A DNA stretch of 64,000 nucleotides from Candidatus Woesearchaeota archaeon. Its GTDB lineage: Archaea; Nanobdellota; Nanobdellia; Woesearchaeales; JACQSR01. The position numbers were made by a program, and so were the translations under genes. Shown piece after piece: positions 1 through 8,242 of the stretch (its first letter is position 1; each line of letters starts with the position of its first letter). The stretch lies in the NCBI GenBank assembly GCA_016211215.1, contig JACQSR010000014.1:14980-78979 (forward strand). The letters are read 5' to 3'. Under the pieces are notes generated by a model. It saw only the letters and a list, made by a program, of their open reading frames with translations. It was not told where the DNA came from and made no database searches.

Positions 1-451
1 GCGGGAGAGAATTGTGGCGGGGAATTTCTTGAATCAAGCGACAGCTTCAGCTGCTGCTCCGAGAGTTGTGTTGCAAGAGAGCAAAAATCTTTCTCGACAT
101 TTGACTTCGGGCAGGAAAACCAAGCTTTGGGAAGCGTTGGGAAATAAGGTGTCACATGGCATTACGACAGATTCACTACTTGTGCTGTGACCCTGACAGT
201 GGAAATCCCAGATATTACGCGAAGTTCAAGCCCCCAAGGAGACCCATTGGCTGTTGGCTCAACCCCTTATTTTTCCTGGGAAGGGTTCAAGTCTGCGGCA
301 AGGAATTGGGTTGTACGCGGGGATTTGATTGCAAACATAAACCTTCCACAGGATAAGTATGATGAGCTTTCGAGATTGTGCAAATAAAATGGCAGCGCCC
401 AAACAAACCGCCTACTAAATCTTTATTAATACTTACGGGCAACTATCCCGC

Positions 452-2215
452 ATGGCAAGAATAGCAGTAATACACAAGGAAAGGTGCAACCCAATCGGCT
501 GCGGAAATTACCTTTGCATCAGGGTGTGCCCTATAAACCGCAAGGGGGATGAATGCATTTATGTTGACACAGACAAAAAGGCAGGAATTGCGGAAGACCT
601 TTGCATAGGATGCATGATTTGCGTCCACAAATGCCCTTTTGATGCCATATCAATCATCAACCTGCCGCAGGAGCTAAAGCAGCAGCCCATACACCAGTTT
701 GGAAGAAACGGATTTCACCTTTACAATCTGCCAATCCCCATTTTCGGAAAGGTTGTTGGAATTTTGGGAGTAAACGGAATTGGGAAATCAACTGCAGTAA
801 AAATTCTTGCAGGGGCATTAAAGCCAAACTTCGGGAGCTATGAGAACAAAGGCGGTGCAAATTATGACGAGCTTATACACTTCTTCAAGGGCTCAGAAGC
901 GCAGAATTTCTTTGAAAAGATGAAGAAAGGGGAAATTACGGTGAGCTACAAGCCCCAGCAGGTTGAGCTTATACCCAAGGCTTCGAAAGGCAAGGTAAGG
1001 GAACTTCTGAAGAAGGTTGACCAGAAAAACGGATTTGAAAGTGTTGTAAAGGAGCTTGGGCTGGAGCATGTTTTAGACACGGATATAACTAAGATTTCAG
1101 GAGGCGAACTGCAGCGCGTCGCAATTGCCGCAACGGTGCTGAAGAAGGCCAGCGTTTATTTCTTTGACGAGCCTTCCTCGTTTCTCGACATAAAGCAGAG
1201 GATAAAGGTAAGCACGTTCATAAGAAATCTTGCGGACGAAAACACAGCCGTTATGGTGGTTGAGCATGACCTTATAATTCTTGATTACATGACGGACCTA
1301 ATCCACATAATGTACGGAAAAGAGGAGTCTTATGGTATTGTTGGCGGCGTAAAGGCAACAAGAACCGGAATGAATGCCTATCTTGATGGCTACATCAGGG
1401 AAGAGAATGTAAGGTTCAGGGACCACGCAATAAAGTTCCAGGAGAAACCGCCAATAGTCAGGAGGGGCGCCGAAACGCTTACGTCATGGGAAGGCATCAA
1501 AAAAAGGCTGGGCAATTTCAGCTTAAGCGCGGAGAACGGAACCATATTCAATGGCGATGTAATAGGCATAATGGGTGAAAACGGGACCGGAAAGACTACA
1601 TTCGTGAAGATTCTGGCAGGGGTGGAAGAGGCTGACGCAGGAAGGGTTGAAACAAAAATAAGGGTAAGCTACAAGCCGCAGTACATTGAAGCAGACCCTG
1701 AGGAGATTGTATCTTCCGCTTTGGGCGAAGCGGTTGCCAATTACGAAGTCCAGCTTATCAGGCCCCTAAGCATAAAGCCGCTGCTTTTGAGAAAATTAGG
1801 AGAATTAAGCGGGGGCGAACTCCAGAGGGTTGCGATTGCAAAATGCCTGAGCCAGGACGCAGATTTATACCTGCTGGACGAGCCGTCAGCTTATCTGGAC
1901 GCTGAGCAGCGCCTCAATGTTTCAAGCGTCATTGGAAATTTCATGGAGCTTAAGGGGAAGAGCGCGGTGGTTGTTGACCACGACCTTCTGTTCCTGGATT
2001 ACATTTCAAAGAGGCTTATCGTGTTCGGAGGCGTTCCGGGAAAAGAGGGAAACTGCAATGGGCCGTACGGGATGGAGGACGGCATGAGCAATTTCCTAAA
2101 AAGCCTGGGCATAAGCCTCAGGAGGGATGCAGAGAGCAGGCGCCCAAGAATCAACAAGCCGGGAAGCGTGAAAGACAGGCAACAGAAAAACTCCGGGAAG
2201 CTGTATTACGGTTAA
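452..2215 (+). CDS. abcE1: ABCE1 / RNase L inhibitor-like ribosome recycling ATPase (two 4Fe-4S ferredoxin motifs + twin ABC ATPase domains)
   Basis: N-terminal CX2CX2CX3CP and CIGCMICVHKCP iron-sulfur motifs; two Walker A sites (GVNGIGKST, GENGTGKTT); two LSGGELQRVAIA signature motifs. A TATA-like TTTATTAATA lies about 20 nt upstream of the ATG. Confidence 0.9.
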   Translation: MARIAVIHKERCNPIGCGNYLCIRVCPINRKGDECIYVDTDKKAGIAEDLCIGCMICVHKCPFDAISIINLPQELKQQPIHQFGRNGFHLYNLPIPIFGKVVGILGVNGIGKSTAVKILAGALKPNFGSYENKGGANYDELIHFFKGSEAQNFFEKMKKGEITVSYKPQQVELIPKASKGKVRELLKKVDQKNGFESVVKELGLEHVLDTDITKISGGELQRVAIAATVLKKASVYFFDEPSSFLDIKQRIKVSTFIRNLADENTAVMVVEHDLIILDYMTDLIHIMYGKEESYGIVGGVKATRTGMNAYLDGYIREENVRFRDHAIKFQEKPPIVRRGAETLTSWEGIKKRLGNFSLSAENGTIFNGDVIGIMGENGTGKTTFVKILAGVEEADAGRVETKIRVSYKPQYIEADPEEIVSSALGEAVANYEVQLIRPLSIKPLLLRKLGELSGGELQRVAIAKCLSQDADLYLLDEPSAYLDAEQRLNVSSVIGNFMELKGKSAVVVDHDLLFLDYISKRLIVFGGVPGKEGNCNGPYGMEDGMSNFLKSLGISLRRDAESRRPRINKPGSVKDRQQKNSGKLYYG

Positions 2216-2514
2216 ACCGGAATAATCTTGATGAATTTTTCTTTGGGCACAATCGCAACCTCCTTTTTGTCTTTGAGATTGTACTTCTCCACAAGCTCCT
2301 TAGGTATTCTCACACCCAGACTAGTACCCCATCGGGAGATTTTTGTGTTAAACCTTTTCATTTTCCTGTATTCCCTGGCGACCTCCTCCAACTGCCCCAT
2401 GTCGACTATTTCTTCATTGCATTTTTCGCATTTATAAAATCTGTATCTAACATCATCTGGTGTTTTTGCTGACATCTCTTTCATTCTTTTCCCGCAGCGA
2501 AAGCACTTTTTCAT
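2212..2514 (-). CDS. Antitoxin-like protein: N-terminal Zn-ribbon (CX2C...CX2C) fused to a C-terminal AbrB/SpoVT/MazE-like swapped-hairpin domain
   Basis: CFRCG...CEKC zinc-ribbon motif; C-terminal LGVRIPKELVEKYNLKDKKEV resembles the AbrB/MazE fold. It overlaps the upstream DUF4258-like gene by 4 nt and is a paralog of 23721..24059. Confidence 0.6.
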   Translation of the reverse strand: MKKCFRCGKRMKEMSAKTPDDVRYRFYKCEKCNEEIVDMGQLEEVAREYRKMKRFNTKISRWGTSLGVRIPKELVEKYNLKDKKEVAIVPKEKFIKIIPV

Positions 2515-2798
2515 CTTCTTCCTTTCGTCTCAATTGTTAATATTCTCATCGAACATCCCACGAGCTGCCCGATGCACACAACAGTGAACCTCTTGTAATC
2601 CTTGGACAGCCTGAGGTAATTCTTCCCAAACCGCTCCCTCCTTCCCCCTTTCAGGGTTGCCTCAATCATGTCCGGAGTTACTCCCCGCCGTATTGCCCTT
2701 ACAAAGGCGTGCCTCATTATCTGGATTTCGTACCCAGAGGGGTCGTTAATATCCTTTAATATATCTATATATCTTAGAATATATTTAAACCTTTTCAT
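2511..2798 (-). CDS. DUF4258-family toxin-like protein (probable start at the internal Met near MRHAFVRAIRRG)
   Basis: The HAxxRxxxRGV...I.EAL...G..-...VVC pattern is shared with the ORFs at 23512 and 4940. It lies upstream of, and translationally coupled to, the Zn-ribbon/AbrB gene. Confidence 0.5.
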   Translation of the reverse strand: MKRFKYILRYIDILKDINDPSGYEIQIMRHAFVRAIRRGVTPDMIEATLKGGRRERFGKNYLRLSKDYKRFTVVCIGQLVGCSMRILTIETKGRR

Positions 2799-3328
2799 TT
2801 TCTTTTGCGCTTCGGCTCCTTGTCAAAAAACACATAATACACAATCACGCCTCCAAGGGCAAGGACTGCTGCTGCAATGGCAATATTTCTGCCGCCAAAG
2901 GCTATGCTTTCCATGGCAGGCAGTATTGAATCAGTGCCTTCAACAACCCTCAGGTTTACTTTTATGGAAACTCCCGGAGATATCAAAAGAGCTCCCTGAT
3001 TCTCGCTGTAAAAGCTGATTTCTATTCTCTCCTCGCTGTTTTGTATTGCAGCGTCCATCGGTATTCTCAGCAGGAACTGTATTTTTTCCTCTGAATCTTC
3101 TTTAATCTGCCCTTCGGAAGGAATGGTAAAATAATCCGGATGGTTCTTTACTTTAATTCTATAGGCTACATCATGTTTTGAAGGATTGAATATTGTGAAC
3201 TGCGCTTTGGTTTCAGAACCGCGCTCTGCAGTCAAATCCAGCGAAGATGGAGAAACTGCTATGCTCTGGGCTAAAGAAGGGGCCGCAAAAACAAATAAAA
3301 TAAAGAAAAAAAGAAAAATTTTCATCAA
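2795..3328 (-). CDS. Secreted protein with N-terminal signal peptide and C-terminal TM anchor followed by a KRKRK tail
   Basis: N-terminal hydrophobic leader ending LAQS; C-terminal IAIAAAVLALGGVIVYYVFF then KEPKRKRK. Coupled to the downstream lamin-tail-domain (LTD) protein. Confidence 0.5.
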   Translation of the reverse strand: MMKIFLFFFILFVFAAPSLAQSIAVSPSSLDLTAERGSETKAQFTIFNPSKHDVAYRIKVKNHPDYFTIPSEGQIKEDSEEKIQFLLRIPMDAAIQNSEERIEISFYSENQGALLISPGVSIKVNLRVVEGTDSILPAMESIAFGGRNIAIAAAVLALGGVIVYYVFFDKEPKRKRK

Positions 3329-4614
3329 GACTGCACCGCAACCAGGCTTATAGTTCCAACGTAGTCGCCTGCCGGAGTTGACGAAGGGATTGTAACTCCG
3401 AACGAGAGCTCCTTCGTGGAAATGCTGCCGTGCACAAGCCCTATCGAGCTCCTAATGGGGCTTGTCGTCAATGTCTGGGGTGCAGCCAGCGATGGGCTAA
3501 ATGAATATTTTACATTTGCAACCGGTATCGATGCAGAGCCCGAGTTCAAGTCTGTTCCGGAGATTTCAGAATCTATAACCACATTGCCTATGTTTCTAAC
3601 CGTTACCTTGTCAGTGGTGCTGATGTTCTGGTCTCCGGGAATGCTGCATGACTGGCCTGAGCTTGAGGAGCAGATTAAAGACGATGCGTCTATCTCAAGT
3701 CCGATTAGGCTCAGGTATTCAAATGCAGCAGTTCTTGAACTGGAAGATTCAGAAGCCGCGGTAATTGTTATTGTATAGTTCCCTGGGTCTTCAAAAAAAT
3801 CTATTCCCACACTCCCTTCAAACTTTGCCGAGGTCGTGTTTATATCCATCGCCTTGGTAAGATTTACTGTCTCTGCACCAAGAATCGCCCTAACTGATGT
3901 TATGTCCGCAACCTGCCCGCTTGAGACAACCGCTGATAAAGGTATAAGCTTTTTGCCCTTAGGTTGTGGTGTAATCTGGATTCCTGATTTAGTTGCATCA
4001 TCATCAGGTATTATGTCAAAGCTGTCAATTGATGGCGATGCCTGGGTAACTGAAACAAGAAGCTGGATTGTGTTCCCCTCAATATATGAGGCGCTCTGAA
4101 GGTTGGGTGCTGCCGGGATGAAGTCCTGGGAGTTGTCTTGGGTATCCTGGGTGCGCTGCAGAGACTGCCCAGAAGAAGCACCAGGATGGGGTGAGCCCTC
4201 AAAAAGTCCAGCATCTATTCCGGCAGCAGACCCCCAACCGACTGCGTCTATGGCGGTACCATTTTCTATCAGCGCAATTCCGGAATCTGTGTTTGCCAGC
4301 GTGATTGCCTCCTCGTAGTCAGCATCAGGCCATGAGGGATTGTCTTTGCTTGAGGAAAAGCCCGCATCTGCAATAAGGAAATAGGATTCCGGCTGGATTA
4401 TTTTTCCTGACGGAATGGTTGCATCTGCCACTGAAGCCTCCGTTCGGATGATCCAGCCGGAGATGTCAACGGGCGCAGAACCGGGATTGTACAGCTCAAC
4501 TGCCTCCCCGCCGGATTCAGTGTTAACAGGGTCATAATAAACCTCGGATATCTGAACATTTGCCGCAACCGCAAGGCTTTGCATGACTAGCATTAAAGCC
4601 AATATTTTTTTCAT
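3325..4614 (-). CDS. Secreted lamin-tail-domain (LTD) surface protein. The ORF track starts at 4632; the signal peptide begins at the Met at 4614
   Basis: MKKILALMLVMQSLAVAAN signal peptide; ISEVYYDP...EAVELYNPGSAPVDISGWII resembles the LTD; Ser/Thr-rich C-terminal half. Confidence 0.55.
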   Translation of the reverse strand: MKKILALMLVMQSLAVAANVQISEVYYDPVNTESGGEAVELYNPGSAPVDISGWIIRTEASVADATIPSGKIIQPESYFLIADAGFSSSKDNPSWPDADYEEAITLANTDSGIALIENGTAIDAVGWGSAAGIDAGLFEGSPHPGASSGQSLQRTQDTQDNSQDFIPAAPNLQSASYIEGNTIQLLVSVTQASPSIDSFDIIPDDDATKSGIQITPQPKGKKLIPLSAVVSSGQVADITSVRAILGAETVNLTKAMDINTTSAKFEGSVGIDFFEDPGNYTITITAASESSSSRTAAFEYLSLIGLEIDASSLICSSSSGQSCSIPGDQNISTTDKVTVRNIGNVVIDSEISGTDLNSGSASIPVANVKYSFSPSLAAPQTLTTSPIRSSIGLVHGSISTKELSFGVTIPSSTPAGDYVGTISLVAVQS

Positions 4615-4683
4615 ATAAACACCTTCCGCCAAGAAAGAAAATGGATGAAGGGAGCATTAACACCTTAATAAACGTTGCGGTGA

Positions 4684-4702
4684 TTTTTCCGGAAGAAAAA
4701 CG
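4684..4702. repeat. 19-bp direct repeat TTTTTCCGGAAGAAAAACG, copy 1 (partner at 5284-5302, exactly 600 bp away), bracketing the DUF4258/DUF2283 pair
   Basis: Exact 19-mer seen twice; the core TTCCGGAA is palindromic. Confidence 0.7.
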
Positions 4703-4713
4703 GGATTTGAACT

Positions 4714-4923
4714 CTACACTGCCTCAAGAAGAACTTCCCGCTTGAGGACCTTGCTCGCACAAAGTATCTCGACACCCAACAGCTTGTTGTTTTTATCAAA
4801 GTCCAGGATTATGCTGTTGTTTAGCCGGACTGTCTTTTTCGATTCCCCCTTTTTTATAGGATACTCCAGATAAATGTATGCGGCATCAGTTTCCTTATCA
4901 TACTCTAATTTCATGGCGATCAT
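4714..4923 (-). CDS. DUF2283-family small protein (putative antitoxin partner of DUF4258)
   Basis: 70-aa protein with YDKETDAAYIYL...ILDFDKNNKLLGVEIL resembles DUF2283. It lies immediately downstream of the DUF4258-like ORF on the same strand. Confidence 0.55.
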   Translation of the reverse strand: MIAMKLEYDKETDAAYIYLEYPIKKGESKKTVRLNNSIILDFDKNNKLLGVEILCASKVLKREVLLEAV

Positions 4924-4939
4924 ATTACTGTAATCACCT

Positions 4940-5239
4940 TTATATAATTTTCCGTCTCGGCAAACACAATTGTAATGTGCCTGTTGTCAAAAACTGCGGA
5001 CTAAAGTCCACAGCGTGCAGTTTTTGAGCATGCTCAGAAATCGCCTTCTTACTCCGAACTGAAGTAGGGAGATTGCGAATGGCGATTTCTGACATTTCAA
5101 CAACACCCTCCGCCTCTTTTCTGCCTTCAAAAGATTTCTTCACGCAGGCAGGTTGCATAAGAACCTGTTCGACATGAAGGTATGTTACCCCTCTCTGGCC
5201 CATCCGTTTTAGCGCGTGGCTTGAATAAATTATGTTCAT
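4940..5239 (-). CDS. DUF4258-family toxin-like protein. Its C-terminal third overlaps the palindromic element at 5015-5107, so the true stop is uncertain
   Basis: N-terminus MNIIYSSHALKRMGQRGVTYLHVEQVL matches the HAxxRMxxRGI pattern of DUF4258. Confidence 0.5.
   Translation of the reverse strand: MNIIYSSHALKRMGQRGVTYLHVEQVLMQPACVKKSFEGRKEAEGVVEMSEIAIRNLPTSVRSKKAISEHAQKLHAVDFSPQFLTTGTLQLCLPRRKII
5015..5107. repeat. Palindromic structured element copy A (TTGAGCATGCTCAGAAAT / 12-bp stem / 54-nt interior / ATTTCTGACATTT)
   Basis: Shares an 18-mer and a 13-mer with copy B at 12831-12927 at identical 54-nt spacing. The stem extension covaries (CGCC/GGCG here). Confidence 0.6.
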
Positions 5240-5283
5240 AGGGGGCCAAAGGAAAAAGAAGTTATTAATAAAACCATACCCCT

Positions 5284-5302
5284 TTTTTCCGGAAGAAAAA
5301 CG
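5284..5302. repeat. 19-bp direct repeat TTTTTCCGGAAGAAAAACG, copy 2
   Basis: Exact repeat of 4684-4702. Confidence 0.7.
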
Positions 5303-5326
5303 TAGTTCAAAAAGTCTTTGGCAGGG

Positions 5327-6892
5327 TTATCCCACAAACACCGGCACATACCCAAGCGTAAATGTTATTTTGCCATTCTCTGAACCAACAGTCTGGGATG
5401 CCCCATGAGTCTGGCCCCTTTCAGTTGGAATTTCCGTAACTGCCGCGGTTTTCCTTTTCCAGGGCAATGACACGGCAGCTGAAGGCAGATTTGCATCCAA
5501 TCCATAAAACTTCCCGTCGTCGTACCACGCAACAATTATTTCACTGCCGCTTATGTTGAATTCGTATGCATATACATTTTCAGGCGTTGAAAGCCTCCTG
5601 GCATCATTGAATCCCTGAAGCCGGGATGCCATCTTTGCGGCATAAAATCCCGGGCGCCTTTCTTTCGGAGTTCTCTTAGCAGTAAGCTGGTCGCCGCCGC
5701 TGTAGGAGGTGTCAATCAATCCGAAATTAGACGATGTTCCCGCACCGAAGGGAATGGGCCAGTCTTCCAGATTGCCGATGTTGATGCCCAAATAGCCCTC
5801 TGCCGCTGCTGTGGCATATTTTCTTGTGAGCCCTATTGCAACCTGCTTTTCCAGCCACCTTAATGATTCATCGTGGCTGGGGTCGCTTTTCTTTCTGATT
5901 GCATCTATTATCCTTGAGGCCTCGCATCTTGTTTCTGAAGTTACAGGGTAGAATTCCTTTGCCGCAAATATCCCCGGCTTGCATGACTCAAGGCCGTAAG
6001 CAAGCAAAGGCGACATTGGAAACGCGTCTCCGGCGTAGATTTCCCTTGAAGTGCCGCGCCTGGACATTTCATTCCTGAGCCAGCGCGCTGTTGCGGGAAG
6101 CTCTGAATAATCTGAAAGGCTGTGGATATCAATAATGTCAAAGTAATTGTATGCATCAAGCAGGACTGGAACGTCCGTTATGTCCTTCCTTTTTCCGCCA
6201 GGGGGGTTTGCGAGTCTTCTTTGGATTTCCCCATCGTCCGGATTTCCCTGGAAGATATCCCACATAAGCAATGCGTTCAGCATGACCTTTGCATTAGGAT
6301 TTGCCTCCTTGATTTTTGGGTAGGCAAGCTTCAGGACTTCAACGTAATCCGAGCCTGTTCCCGGAAAGAATGCGGTGAATTCGCGCTCAACGCCCCATTG
6401 GCTTATTGGGTAAATCAGGCCGGGCATATCATTTATTCCGTCGCTGTCATAGCGCTCAACTGCCGCACGCACAAAATTTTGATAATCATCCTCAAATTCG
6501 GGCTTTGGCCTTGTATCTTTTTTGCCCCGTGATGCCCAGTCTGACTGAGCTGTAATAAGAAGCTGGATGCCGGGAAATCCTGCCGACTGGTATTCTTTTA
6601 TGGTTGAATCAACGATTGACCAGTCATACGCGGAATTCTGAGAAGGCTGAATCCTGTCCCAATGCACCAATATTGGGCTTGGCTTCATTGTTTGCAGGCC
6701 GGTCTCTGCGTATGTTGATGCGAGGTATGGAACGCCGTATTCGAGCCCGAAGGAGAATTTTCCTGATATTGGAGATGGCTGAACCGGAACAGGTGTTGGA
6801 GGAGGCGGGGTAACCGGCACAGGCTGTTTTTTTGCGCATTGGATTAGCAGGAAGGCAATTACGACCAGAATGAAGATGTGCCTGAATTTCAT
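5327..6892 (-). CDS. Secreted lipoprotein, glycoside-hydrolase-like (TIM-barrel GH-like) with a Pro/Thr-rich linker
   Basis: Lipobox LLIQC after an N-terminal hydrophobic leader; PVTPPPPTPVPVQP linker; overall resemblance to glycosyl hydrolases. The exact family cannot be assigned by eye. Confidence 0.45.
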   Translation of the reverse strand: MKFRHIFILVVIAFLLIQCAKKQPVPVTPPPPTPVPVQPSPISGKFSFGLEYGVPYLASTYAETGLQTMKPSPILVHWDRIQPSQNSAYDWSIVDSTIKEYQSAGFPGIQLLITAQSDWASRGKKDTRPKPEFEDDYQNFVRAAVERYDSDGINDMPGLIYPISQWGVEREFTAFFPGTGSDYVEVLKLAYPKIKEANPNAKVMLNALLMWDIFQGNPDDGEIQRRLANPPGGKRKDITDVPVLLDAYNYFDIIDIHSLSDYSELPATARWLRNEMSRRGTSREIYAGDAFPMSPLLAYGLESCKPGIFAAKEFYPVTSETRCEASRIIDAIRKKSDPSHDESLRWLEKQVAIGLTRKYATAAAEGYLGINIGNLEDWPIPFGAGTSSNFGLIDTSYSGGDQLTAKRTPKERRPGFYAAKMASRLQGFNDARRLSTPENVYAYEFNISGSEIIVAWYDDGKFYGLDANLPSAAVSLPWKRKTAAVTEIPTERGQTHGASQTVGSENGKITFTLGYVPVFVG

Positions 6893-6925
6893 AGAGGCAT
6901 GAATTAAGGAATTGTATTTAAAGTT

Positions 6926-7489
6926 TTATACCCTGCCCTTGCTTTCCCCCAATTTGACGCCGGATGCTATGATGTGGGAAACCCTTATTGGCTCCGGAAT
7001 GAGGGAATGGGTGCAGCATATCTTCAGGAGTTCTTTTGCCCTTGAGAATGTGATGCCAACATGCTGTATGTAGATTCTGCCAGCTTTTTTTACCTCGCCG
7101 GCCTCCTCTATGAATCTAATCTTGTCTTCCATGCCTATTTTCCTAAGCGTCTTGATTATGTTATCCTTATCCGGCATCCTCCTTACCACGACAATCACCG
7201 GAAGACTGGTTTTTTTGTGAAGCTCGTTGATGTCTATGACATTGAATCCGCCAAAGCCTATTCCGTCGAGGAATATGCACTGCAGCTGGGGCTTCCACTT
7301 TGACCTTTCAACCATGGCGCTGATTTTCTCCGTGGAATTATTGCCGTCAACGCGCACCTTTGTCGACACAATGCCGTCAAGTGATGAGCCGCCCCTGAAT
7401 ATAGTCCCTATTACCAATGTATCGCCTTTCACGCGCTTGTCAAACGGCGAGTCATCAATTCCTATGACACGAACTTCCTTCTTGTACAT
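6926..7489 (-). CDS. DUF99/UPF0215-family protein (endonuclease-V-like fold), archaeal conserved
   Basis: About 187 aa with VIGIDDSPF...GTIFRGG... as in DUF99 proteins. Confidence 0.45.
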   Translation of the reverse strand: MYKKEVRVIGIDDSPFDKRVKGDTLVIGTIFRGGSSLDGIVSTKVRVDGNNSTEKISAMVERSKWKPQLQCIFLDGIGFGGFNVIDINELHKKTSLPVIVVVRRMPDKDNIIKTLRKIGMEDKIRFIEEAGEVKKAGRIYIQHVGITFSRAKELLKICCTHSLIPEPIRVSHIIASGVKLGESKGRV

Positions 7490-7565
7490 AAGCTGCAGGG
7501 TATTTGAAGAAGTTTTTAAGGTTTAGTATGGAATGATTTAAATATTCCAATCAGTCTCCGTTCTC

Positions 7566-8153
7566 ATGGCTGGAAAAATAGACTACCTTGCCGGAATAGA
7601 ATCAAGTCCTCCGGTTGGATACCAAAAAAAGCTTGTTTATGAGTATCAAAGCTGCCCTCTTTCTGAGACCTTTTCTCATGAGCAGATAGAAAGGAGAATA
7701 GCTTTCTATGAAGAATTAAACAAAAAGAGGGAAGGAATTCCAAAGGAAAAACGATTAGTTGAAAGAGTATTTGCCCTATATGGGTGGGAAGACACAACAA
7801 CAGTCAGGGTATATATGAGGGAAACTGTCTCGAGGATGGCATCACAACTATTCTCATCAGAATTCTCCATTTCCGTTGACAATGTTAACAGAAAGGGGCC
7901 AGACGGGCAAACTGATAAAGACATTGGACATGTGGTTGTCAGTGTCAGGGCAACAAATCCCGAGATTGAAGCGCTTTTGGACTACATCAAACCCGGTTCT
8001 TCATATTATGTGTACGATGGAGAAAAATCAAAATATGTTAAAGGGAACACCTCAGCATCCGAATTTATTGTGACAAAAACAGATGATTCCCAGCAACCCA
8101 GAAAGTTCTGGAGAAGGAATCAGTCTTTTATATCGAGAATAGAGGAGTTGTAA
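7566..8153 (+). CDS. Hypothetical protein
   Basis: Clean 195-aa ORF with non-repetitive composition; no recognisable motif. Confidence 0.4.
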   Translation: MAGKIDYLAGIESSPPVGYQKKLVYEYQSCPLSETFSHEQIERRIAFYEELNKKREGIPKEKRLVERVFALYGWEDTTTVRVYMRETVSRMASQLFSSEFSISVDNVNRKGPDGQTDKDIGHVVVSVRATNPEIEALLDYIKPGSSYYVYDGEKSKYVKGNTSASEFIVTKTDDSQQPRKFWRRNQSFISRIEEL

Positions 8154-8242
8154 GGATGGAATTTGAGAAACCTCGTTATTATATGGCCTCCCCCAACCCT
8201 AAAGGGCGGGGATTTAAACTCTTATGACATTAAAATAGGAGC

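Noticed and set aside
20-390. Possible truncated or degenerate fourth copy of the structured element, or an rRNA/RNase P fragment, at the window start
   Set aside because: Only short weak similarities (CGACATTTGACTT, AGCTTTCGAGATTGTGC) to the element family. No terminal inverted repeat. No rRNA or RNase P conserved blocks.
3416-4318. Plus-strand ORFs inside the LTD-protein gene, and similar nested ORFs throughout the track (e.g. 10480..10887, 15281..15799, 48226..48954, 61420..62199)
   Set aside because: They overlap well-supported genes on the other strand or frame and have biased, motif-free composition. Treated as spurious.
4633-4713. tRNA-like GGGATTTGAACTC motif at 4703
   Set aside because: The T-loop-like heptamer is not flanked by complementary stems or an acceptor stem. 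It is part of the flank of the 19-bp direct repeat.
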